From NCBI GenBank assembly GCA_963717525.1, contig OY970343.1:1408001-1472000 (forward strand): a DNA stretch of 64,000 bases, in the 5' to 3' direction. The notes under the pieces were generated by a model. It was not told the DNA's origin. It saw only the letters and a program-made list of their open reading frames with translations, and did no database searches. The position numbers and the translations under genes are program-made. How positions within the stretch are numbered: position 1 is the stretch's first letter; each line of letters starts with the position of its first letter. Below are positions 21,997-30,200 of the stretch, in pieces. Source of the stretch: an uncultured Methanoregulaceae archaeon. GTDB taxonomy: Archaea; Halobacteriota; Methanomicrobia; Methanomicrobiales; Methanospirillaceae.

Positions 21997-23157
21997 GTGA
22001 AGAAAATCGTTTTGGTTCTTCTATTATTGATAATTGGAATCGTTCAGATCGTTGGGGCATCCCCGGCCCCTGTTGTTGCGGATTTTACTTACACAACGGT
22101 ATGTGGATACACTTTTCAATTTAGTGATACATCCACCGGCAACCCAATCACATGGTATTGGAGTTTTATGGGGGGTAGCCAAGCTTCACCCGATCAAAAT
22201 CCTTACGTTTCCATAAATCAGGGTACGCAAACTGTAAGTTTAACAGTAGGTAATGGAACCCAGTATACGTCAACAATTAGTAAAACTGTCGTATCAACAC
22301 CCCCATCAGTTCCGACTGCAAGTTTTACTACAACTCCTTCATCCGGTACAGTACCCTTAACAGTCCAGTTTACAGATACATCATCGTCTCTTAATTGTCC
22401 CATAAACCGCTGGTCATGGTCTTTCGGCGATGGCTCGGGTAGTTCGATAAATCAAAAACCAACATATACATTCACTAAAACCTGTAATCCTAATACCGGT
22501 AATAGAACATTTCCTGTAACACTAATCGTTTATACGGGTGGTGGAACCCAAGCCACGACCACAAATAACGTCATAATAACTGCCCCTCCCGATCCAGTTT
22601 CTTCTTTTACTGCAAATCAGACCAGTGGGCCAGCTCCTTTAACAGTACAATTTACAGATACATCGAAGAATAATCCAACAACATGGGGCTGGAATTTTGG
22701 TGATGGGACTGGATCAAATTTACAGAATCCCCCCACACACGCCTATACCATTTCTGGCGTATATACCGTCACAATGCAGGCTTCGAGTTCCACTACATGT
22801 AATCCAACAAATCCTGCTACCTCAACAATTACTGTTCTCTCCCCACTTGCACCCGGAACAACAACCTCCCCGACACCCTCCCTTAATCAAACCGCGACGA
22901 TCACCACCTCAACGACTCTTCCACCGACAACGGTAACCGAACAAACAACCCTTCCATCTGTAACTATGGCTCAAACTGTAACCGCCACACCCTCGGGATT
23001 TTATTATACCCCAAAACCGACCGTCACGACAATGAAGGTATTCACGTCAATTCCAACCAGTACACCGACCCAAAAGTCTCCATTTGGAATAGAGTTTAGT
23101 ATTTTGGCGATTAGTGCCGCGATTCTAATAGTAAGGAGCCAATACCGGAAGCCATGA
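21997..23157 (+). CDS. PKD-domain surface protein with Thr-rich linker and C-terminal anchor
   Basis: Signal peptide; three PKD-like repeats (VQFTDTS...W.W.FGDG); T-rich stalk; KSP-hydrophobic-basic tail. Confidence 0.88.
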   Translation: MKKIVLVLLLLIIGIVQIVGASPAPVVADFTYTTVCGYTFQFSDTSTGNPITWYWSFMGGSQASPDQNPYVSINQGTQTVSLTVGNGTQYTSTISKTVVSTPPSVPTASFTTTPSSGTVPLTVQFTDTSSSLNCPINRWSWSFGDGSGSSINQKPTYTFTKTCNPNTGNRTFPVTLIVYTGGGTQATTTNNVIITAPPDPVSSFTANQTSGPAPLTVQFTDTSKNNPTTWGWNFGDGTGSNLQNPPTHAYTISGVYTVTMQASSSTTCNPTNPATSTITVLSPLAPGTTTSPTPSLNQTATITTSTTLPPTTVTEQTTLPSVTMAQTVTATPSGFYYTPKPTVTTMKVFTSIPTSTPTQKSPFGIEFSILAISAAILIVRSQYRKP

Positions 23158-23297
23158 GGATCGGGAAATGTCGTTCTTTTCGTTTTGCGGAAAATTTGCT
23201 GCCGGGATATCGGTTACGAACATGCTGCCGTAGAGCGACATAAATCACTCACATAAAAAAGGAAATTATTATAGTATACCCAAGAGAAGTATCACTT

Positions 23298-23660
23298 ATG
23301 TTTTGCCCGAATTGTGGTGCCGAGCTTCAATATGCAGACGCGGAAATCTGCCCCAAGTGCGGAATACGGATCAAGAGCCCCCCGGCGCCTGTCGGAATGA
23401 ATAAAGGTCCCCGTGTTGAGGGCGAAGAAATTAAAAGTACAGGGATCGCCGCAATTGCTTCTTTCATCATCCCGGGCCTCGGGCAAATTTATTGTGGTGC
23501 GATTGGTCGGGGAATCATGATTTTGATTGGCTTTATCATCGCATGTTTGATGATCCTTATTGTTATAGGGATTATAATTGCCCCGATCGTATGGGTCTGG
23601 AATATTTACGATGCGTACACAATGGCAAAAAAGATCAATGCCGGGGAGATCACAATTTAA
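23298..23660 (+). CDS. Zinc-ribbon + TM2-like membrane protein
   Basis: MFCPNCG..ICPKCG; KSTGIAAIASFIIPGLGQIY; WNIYDAY. Confidence 0.85.
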   Translation: MFCPNCGAELQYADAEICPKCGIRIKSPPAPVGMNKGPRVEGEEIKSTGIAAIASFIIPGLGQIYCGAIGRGIMILIGFIIACLMILIVIGIIIAPIVWVWNIYDAYTMAKKINAGEITI

Positions 23661-23686
23661 TTTTTAGAGGACTTGCGCCGGTTGGA

Positions 23687-23941
23687 GTGAGAAAAACGGA
23701 CCTTACCAGTTTTGCCGGGAAAGTAGTTGTTGGCGTATCCATAGCGATCGTACTGGCTTTTATCGCTCTGATTGCCTTGGCGGTCTTCTGTGTGGGCCTC
23801 GGGGCCGTTTCGTCAGTAACAAACCCTCATGTAGCGCAGGACACCCAGCAAGAGGTACCAACAATTACAGGAGAATATCAGCCACGCGCAGGTCGGGATC
23901 TCCGGTGCAGTCCAGAATATTACCGGCGGTTGACATCCTAA
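23687..23941 (+). CDS. Small single-TM hypothetical protein
   Basis: GTG start; hydrophobic segment VVVGVSIAIVLAFIALIALAVFCVG; C-terminus uncertain. Confidence 0.5.
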   Translation: MRKTDLTSFAGKVVVGVSIAIVLAFIALIALAVFCVGLGAVSSVTNPHVAQDTQQEVPTITGEYQPRAGRDLRCSPEYYRRLTS

Positions 23942-24116
23942 AACCCCATTTTTCTCAGATTTTTGTGGGAACGGGTAGGCCTAAAAAGGTGAAAATTCCC
24001 GGATTTTTATCTGGCCTCCCTGGCAGTATATAAAAATCGTTTTTCGCCTGTGAATCTAGATTATACGGGCTCCGATTTGGCAAATACTCTATGATATTGG
24101 CGTTATTTTATGCCCC

Positions 24117-24713
24117 TTACGAGGTGCAGCCCCATCCTTTCACTTGTTCCTTGATGGCTTCCCGCTCTGCCTGCGTCCATGAGATGTTAAAATAATGCCG
24201 CAGCGCCGTTGTTTCTGTGTGTCCCTGTGAGAGAACGATGTTGATTACCTTATCCGGGTAGGCTGCGAGTAGCCAGCTCTCCCACGTCTTCCGGCTCGTG
24301 CGGACCGTGATCCCGGTTGGGTTGCTGCTCTCCTCATTCCCTGGTAGTGCCTGAATACGTGCCCGCTGTGCCCACCGGATAAGGTTTGATTGCCAGACAT
24401 GGGGGGAGCTCGGGACAGAGGGATTTTTCAGATATTCCTCAACTGCGAGAAGCCCTTTATCGGACAGACATACATTCCGGGATATCTGGGAGGCCTTCGC
24501 TTTGCCGCTCTTGATCGTGATGGTCTTGCGATCCTGGTCGAATATCCCGGGGTTGTTTGTCAGCTGTTGAACTTCCGCTAATCGCAGACCGGTATAGAGC
24601 ATAAGGTTAAAGAGTGCCTTGCTTGACGGTTTCTCAATGACATCCCGGATCTTGTCCGCTTCAATGGGAGTAAATACCCGGCTTGAATTGCATGTGAGAG
24701 CGCTGCTTGCCAT
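24117..24713 (-). CDS. Short tyrosine recombinase (catalytic domain only)
   Basis: YTGLRLAE (R), GKAK (K), TSRKTWESWL (R), QGHT (H), RHY (Y); 198 aa. Confidence 0.85.
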   Translation of the reverse strand: MASSALTCNSSRVFTPIEADKIRDVIEKPSSKALFNLMLYTGLRLAEVQQLTNNPGIFDQDRKTITIKSGKAKASQISRNVCLSDKGLLAVEEYLKNPSVPSSPHVWQSNLIRWAQRARIQALPGNEESSNPTGITVRTSRKTWESWLLAAYPDKVINIVLSQGHTETTALRHYFNISWTQAEREAIKEQVKGWGCTS

Positions 24714-25150
24714 AATAGATAATGGGTTTGTTAGTATTTAAAAGAGTATACTTTAAGATAGAACTATACCCAATATCTCTTCTATTTCTCTTTACTTTGG
24801 GAATAATCCAGTTTTGTAACACCGAGTAACACGAAAATGAAAAAGCGTATGCGTGAATAGTCAGGTTTCGTTTCTTGTGATCGAGTCTCGGGACCCTTGG
24901 CAGTATTACTTGTTTTAACAAAAGTATGCTTGATGTAAGAATATAATGCGCCGTTTTCATACTTCGGATAGGTACGATGATCCTGGTCATCAGTCGTTGT
25001 CAGAAGCGAGTTGTCGGAGGATTTTATGTATCTGAATGAAAAAGTTTCCGGTGATTAAAGAGGGTATTTGTTATTACCTCGATACTATCCTCGTGGTCAG
25101 GTACAGGGGGAATCACTGCATAGGGCACAGTACAGAGGGTAGGTCTTCAA

Positions 25151-25367
25151 TTTACCGTTCTTTTCTGTATTATCACCCATTACCTGTCTGTTACCCTTAC
25201 CCATTCAGAGGCTATTACCTCTATTAATACCTTTTTTTATTATTATAAGAGAGAGAAGGGAAATGCTAATGCATGGTTGCTTGCGCATGGTTGCTTGTAT
25301 ATACGGTTTTGGAAAATAGGGGTAATGGGGTATTAGCGTCGGAGAGGGGGGAAATATTAGGGGTATT
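25151..25367. other. Putative replication origin of the element (inverted iteron-like arrays)
   Basis: TTACC/ATACC copies on left, GGGGTAAT/GGGGTATT copies on right, AT-rich core and tandem GCATGGTTGCTTG between; immediately 3' of helicase-like gene. Confidence 0.5.
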
Positions 25368-25386
25368 GGGGGGGGATTGATGGCCC

Positions 25387-26554
25387 TCACTTCCTCAGCC
25401 AAAAGGTGTGTATGTCGTTTATGCCCGGGATGCTTTCCCGGGAGTATTCTAGTCTTGGTTCGTTCCCCATGAGTCCACCTTTGGGGTTTTGGAAAGTCCC
25501 TGCTTTCCCGCGAAGGGCTTTGTAGACGGCTTGTATTGTAAGCCCGGTGCTGTCTTGGATTTCCTGTGCGGTCTTATGTTTTCCATCCGCAAGACACTGC
25601 ATTACAACAGTCTCGTTCCTTAAGAAGCCCGGTGTTGTACTGTTAATCATCGGTTTGGAGTATGTCAGGAACTGGTCAATAGCGAGAAAATCGGCATCAG
25701 TGGTTGTGGTCCTGTTGCATAAGATTGCGTGCGCTTGTACCAGTGTCAAATACCGTTTAAATTCTCGAATTGGGATCTCATTGTCAATCGATTTATGGAG
25801 GGTCACGACATCAGGGGCGATCAAAGACCACGCAGCATAGATAATATCAAGGTCCGGCCCGATATCCGGGTGAGGTTCTTGGATAAAAGCGCGGATCTTC
25901 GTCATCTGTTCCGGGGTCCTGCGTACTTCAAGCGTCAAGAACCGGGACTCATCCTGCCCTTCGTCAGTCTCTTGTACCACGCTCTCGACAGCCGTGAGGA
26001 TCAGACTTATCCTGGCGGGGATATGCAGGTTTTTGGGGTCGTGGTTTACGACAGTTCCCCGGTCTACGCCGGTGAACCACGATGTAAGCATATTCCTGTA
26101 CAGCGCCGCAACGTTCTCAGAAAGAACCGTATCATCCGAAAAAACCAACATGCCTTCATGCAGATCCCCGATTTTACTGGCATGATACAGATACATATCC
26201 GAGAATGTCTTGGTTAAACGATCGGCCAGGGGAATAAATAGCAAGGACTTTTTTACACTGTCACTCTTGCCGCTCTGCGTCTGTCCGTTGACAAACAGGT
26301 GTATCCCGTCGCTGGCATTTAGAACGCGGATGTTGGCTGCCGTAAGGAGGATCCCCATGAGAATGTGTGTGTCGCCAAACCATACTTTCCCGAAGGTATC
26401 GTTACAATATTTCAAGAATCCCCCGCTCTCGTAGATCTTCCGGGCGGTTGTTATAGTCTCTGGGGACAGTTCCGGTGCCGGTGCCTGCTGATTGATAACA
26501 TCGGCCTTTTTAATGAGTGCCGCTGCTTTTTTCCCCTATATCTATATCCTTCAT
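25387..26554 (-). CDS. P-loop ATPase/putative replicative helicase with C-terminal HTH; apparent frameshift near 26528
   Basis: Walker A GQTQSGKS, Walker B-like LVFSDD, ESRF, C-terminal TAQEIQDSTGLTIQAVYKAL; ATG 26554 joins the 26415 frame after removing one A. Confidence 0.7.
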
Positions 26555-27097
26555 TGCGGCGGGTGCCGCCCCGGTACATTCACAGGAGTGTGCTCCCCTT
26601 TCACCTTCTCGACAGGAAAACCCGGCCGCACATGGCGGGCGGCCCTCCTGGAGAGTTGCGTGAGTTCCTCAACATCATCACGGTTGTTCTGCTTGTGCGG
26701 GGGCTTGCAATGCTCCCGGGAGAACTGCCATAGTTCGGCGAGGATGTCCTTTTCCTCATACCCGCACCGGCGCAAGGTGCAGGACATACATAAACAGTGT
26801 GTGGTTTCCGTTGGCCTGCCGGGACAGTTGTGTACTTCTTGCAGAATGCCGCAAGGATTGCCGCCGCTCTCTTCTCGGTCGGGATCTCCAGCTCGCTCTC
26901 TGGAAGGTTTGAATATTTTTTGATCTCCCTCTGGCGTTCCTGAGTTAAGGAAGACAGGTATTCCGTCAGGGCGTCTGGCTCGGCATTAACGACAGCGAGA
27001 TTGTGGAGGCCTCATAGAGGCTTGATTCCTGGGGCACTTTTCACGGGTGTTGCTGTAGGTTTGGGCACTGCTGACGACTTGGGGATTTCTGAAGCAT
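26551..27097 (-). CDS. PriCT-like primase C-terminal-domain protein, several frameshifts
   Basis: AGGAGG + ATG 27097; PAGQRN-HTLF...LRRCG...HCKPP...DVEEL pattern spread over frames. Confidence 0.55.
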
Positions 27098-27184
27098 TCT
27101 GACAGCCTCCTGGCTTATCAGGTCAAAGTCATCACAGCACAAGATGGATATGCCTCGGCTTGATGGATTTTTCCGCTGCCGCTG

Positions 27185-27714
27185 TCACGTAAGCGCCTCC
27201 CGGTATGCCAATTGGCGATTGAATTCCGGATCGCTGGTTGGGAGCGGGTTCCACAGGTCCCCGGTCATGATTATGAATCTCGGGGCACCGCCATAAATTT
27301 CCAGGCCCGGTACTGGGTTTGTCGGGTATTCTCTTCCTGATGCCCAGATCAAGGATATGTAGACCCGTCCCCGGATACAGACTTTTCGATGTATGCCCCC
27401 TCGCACCGTGAGACGATCCGCACTGCCAGCGGGGTTAGGTTCCCCCGTGGATCGATGCAGTGGTCAAGATCCAGAACCCGGAGCGGATAATCTGCGCCGA
27501 GCACGAACGCCGGGTGTGTTCCGATGCAGAACTCAATTGCCGTCAGAACTTCGGGTAAGGTCGCCCAGTCAATCGGATTGTCGCACCGGGCAAGCGTCCC
27601 CCGGACGGTCAGCGGGATCTTTTTCACCGATCCGTCTGGCTGGGGGGTGCACCGGAAGACGACCCACCGGCGAGCGCCCTTTAAGGGCTCCGGGATATTA
27701 TCAGAGTGGATCAT
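27185..27714 (-). CDS. Archaeo-eukaryotic primase-polymerase (prim-pol) domain; frameshifts near 27350-27365
   Basis: RWVVF, KKIP, DNPIDW, DLDHC (motif I), EKSVSGDG-LHI (motif II), LEIY..RFIIMTG. Confidence 0.8.
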
Positions 27715-27986
27715 GCCTCTTCCTCCCGCTGGAATTTGTTGATCGCGGCGGTCTCGTCCTCCATACCGGCGGTGATATCCCCGTTTTGGATACGCTCGGC
27801 GACGGTCCGGTCATCGTCAAGGAGATACAACCGCCGGATAGCGGCAAGTTGTGTGGGAGAGAGCCGGTCGAGGTCATCGTCTTCCCGTCGAAGAAGAGAG
27901 AGCATTTCGGTGCGAGTGGTCGGAATATCACCCGCGAACGGCGTGTAGGGCTTATCAGGCGTCCGTTCTTGTAACATGTCCAACAC
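27711..27986 (-). CDS. Small hypothetical protein of the element
   Basis: 91-aa ORF whose stop overlaps the primase start (ATGA). Confidence 0.6.
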   Translation of the reverse strand: MLDMLQERTPDKPYTPFAGDIPTTRTEMLSLLRREDDDLDRLSPTQLAAIRRLYLLDDDRTVAERIQNGDITAGMEDETAAINKFQREEEA

Positions 27987-28149
27987 CTACCGGGGCCTGC
28001 CGCCCATCGTCGATTATGACCACTCCTTCTTCGCGCATGAACGCAAGCGCGACGCCATCAGGAATCCCGATTGAACGGCCCCAGCTGATGACGGCCCCGC
28101 GATGGAACATCGTCATTCCGGTGCCGTGGCTCTGAACTCCGGCGGTCAT
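27955..28149 (-). CDS. Small hypothetical protein of the element
   Basis: 64-aa ORF coupled to the upstream RHH gene by ATGA overlap. Confidence 0.55.
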   Translation of the reverse strand: MTAGVQSHGTGMTMFHRGAVISWGRSIGIPDGVALAFMREEGVVIIDDGRQAPVGVGHVTRTDA

Positions 28150-28298
28150 TCTGCGTCCTCCTCGCCGGGGCTCCTGAATTTTTCAATTAAACGGGTCACA
28201 ACGTCGTCGTACGTTTCATTGAACCGCCCGAGTTCGCCAAGGCGTTGCACTGTGCTTCTCTGAAGCGCGATCGTGGTTTTTGATCGTGTGTCCTTCAT
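28146..28298 (-). CDS. 50-aa ribbon-helix-helix (CopG-like) protein, absent from ORF track
   Basis: Manual translation MKDTRSKTTIALQRSTVQRLGELGRFNETYDDVVTRLIEKFRSPGEEDAE*. Confidence 0.8.
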   Translation of the reverse strand: MKDTRSKTTIALQRSTVQRLGELGRFNETYDDVVTRLIEKFRSPGEEDAE

Positions 28299-28427
28299 AC
28301 AGACTATAATTTCTCATTCCGCTTATAGGGCGGTTAAGATATAAGATAACTTAATCAAAAAAGGTATGTTTTAAAATAACCTTTTTGTGCAGGAAGTTAT
28401 ATCATATCATAATTCAAAGATATTAGT

Positions 28428-28892
28428 ATGAAACCCGATGCCCGTAAACGCAACTATGGATGTCTGACCCCCCTCATGCGTGAACATCTACAAACGAGAA
28501 ACAAGACAGAGCCAATCGACGAGAAAGAAAGGGACAACCGCAAACAATCTGATTTTGTAATAACACGTCACGCAAAACAAGCCTTGAAAGATCTTGCGCT
28601 TGTAGCTGCTGCATATCCGGAAAAAAGAACCCAAGATATTTTTTCAATCGATGATCTAACAACTTTGGTAAGTGCAATCATCTTTAAGAATGGAAGTGAT
28701 GTCACCAATCACGGCCCGTATTACCATGTTCTGATTGACGCCATTATTGCTGCAATGAATTCATCCCCCAACGGAGAGATCACACATCTGAAATTCCATA
28801 TTGAACCCCAGTTGTACGGTTCGAAGAGCGGCAGACCACTGGATTTAACCAACACACTCACAAAACGGATTTCTGACCCTGTGAAAAAATAG
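28428..28892 (+). CDS. Hypothetical protein, candidate element regulator
   Basis: 154-aa ORF divergent from RHH/replication operon, convergent with integrase. Confidence 0.7.
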   Translation: MKPDARKRNYGCLTPLMREHLQTRNKTEPIDEKERDNRKQSDFVITRHAKQALKDLALVAAAYPEKRTQDIFSIDDLTTLVSAIIFKNGSDVTNHGPYYHVLIDAIIAAMNSSPNGEITHLKFHIEPQLYGSKSGRPLDLTNTLTKRISDPVKK

Positions 28893-28902
28893 GTTATATT
28901 TT

Positions 28903-30076
28903 TCATTTTTGTATCTGTCTTTGGGGAGTTGTACGGGCACTTTCTAATAAATCCGCCAACCTCCGGAGTTTTGCCGGGTCGGATGCAAAGCGCCGGACAT
29001 CGTCTTCTTCGTTCGCTGCCTCTTCAGTAAGAGACCTGCCGCACCTGATACAGAATTGAGCCCCGGGTACATTGACGGTTGAACAGTGGGGACATTGTAC
29101 CGGCTTCATGCTCGGACCTTTTGGCCGTCCTACACGCGCCACTCCCGCTTTCCCGAGAAGGATATCATCAACCCGATCATTGGACAGATGGGTATAGGTT
29201 GCCATCATGGGCGTTGCGATATTGCCCCATGCCTGTAATTTAATCACGCTCTCGGGGATCTCTTGTGCAACCATAGCAGTTATCCGGCTATGCCTGAGGA
29301 TGTACGGGAACACTCCTTTAAGGCCCGTTGCCTCTGCTGCGGTCATTATAATTTTGTCAAAATACTGACGGGACAGTATTTTACCCGTACCCGTGACGAA
29401 TACCCGCGCGTCCCCTTCCGGAGTCCCCGGGTGATAGTCCGCTTTCCATGCTGCCAGATATGGGGCGTACTGGATAAACCGAATGTACCGGGGTTTGCCG
29501 GTTTTCTTTGACGTATTGAAAACCGCGCCGTACTGGTCGAACTTTAACTGTTCCCATGTGGCCTCCCTTACTTCGATGGGTCTTAATGCCCCCTCATACA
29601 TGAACGCAATGAGAGCCCGGTCCCGGGGGTTCCGACAGGACCGGATCATCTGGTCTATTTTTTCCTCCGGGATCATCTGCGATGCAGTCTTTGTTGCCTT
29701 GTCTGCCGCCGGCGGTTTGATGCTGTCCAGTTTCTTAACGCTGATGGTAGTGTTGTATTTCTCATCTATGAGCCAATGGCAGAACTCTTTGAGGTAATAG
29801 ACCCTTAACCGCCGGGTGTTTTGCTTCCATAGAGGTTCCACGGCATTGATCGCTTTGATAATGTCCTGAGTCGTACATTGTTTGAAGGGGCCGGTCAAAT
29901 GAGCAAACTTTGAGAGACCCTTTGAGGTTACCAGGGCGGTGGATTCGGATATGTGCTTTGTCGCTTTCCGCTCTTCGCAGAACTCACAGATGAGATCAGC
30001 ATTCTCCCGGGCAGAGGATCCCGGCCTTTACCTGGCTATCCAGATATGAACCGGCATTGATGACCTTGTAAGGCAT
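28903..30076 (-). CDS. Tyrosine integrase with C-terminal zinc ribbon; apparent +1 frameshift near 30008
   Basis: RDRALIAFMYEGALRPIE (R), KTG (K), LRHSR (HxxR), WG, TYTH (Y); CPHC..CIRC; ATG 30076 joins frame after removing one G. Confidence 0.92.
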
Positions 30077-30125
30077 GAATGATAATTGGGAGTAAAAGAA
30101 TACATAGTTACCCCCTCCAAAATTC

Positions 30126-30145
30126 GGCAGATGATGAAAGTTACC
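30126..30145 (+). repeat. att direct repeat, right copy
   Basis: Identical to 21307-21326; 50 bp from the integrase start. Confidence 0.9.
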
Positions 30146-30182
30146 CCCACTGAAGACCGTGATGATGCAGGGGACTGATGCC
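30126..30182 (+). ncRNA. Box C/D 2'-O-methylation guide sRNA
   Basis: GGCA-g-ATGATGA(C)-aagttaccccca-CTGA(D')-agacc-GTGATGA(C')-tgcagggga-CTGA(D)-TGCC; four perfect boxes and a terminal stem. Confidence 0.9.
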
Positions 30183-30200
30183 ACCTTACTTTTAAAAAAT

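Larger units (their letters stand above)
21307..30145. mobile_element. Integrated ~8.8-kb plasmid/satellite-like element
   Basis: Bounded by 20-bp direct repeat; integrase abuts the right repeat; primase/helicase-like and RHH genes inside; partly AT-richer. Confidence 0.9.

Noticed and set aside
21997..30076. Complete provirus (pleolipovirus or head-tail)
   Set aside because: No recognisable capsid, spike/fusion, portal, terminase or packaging ATPase gene.
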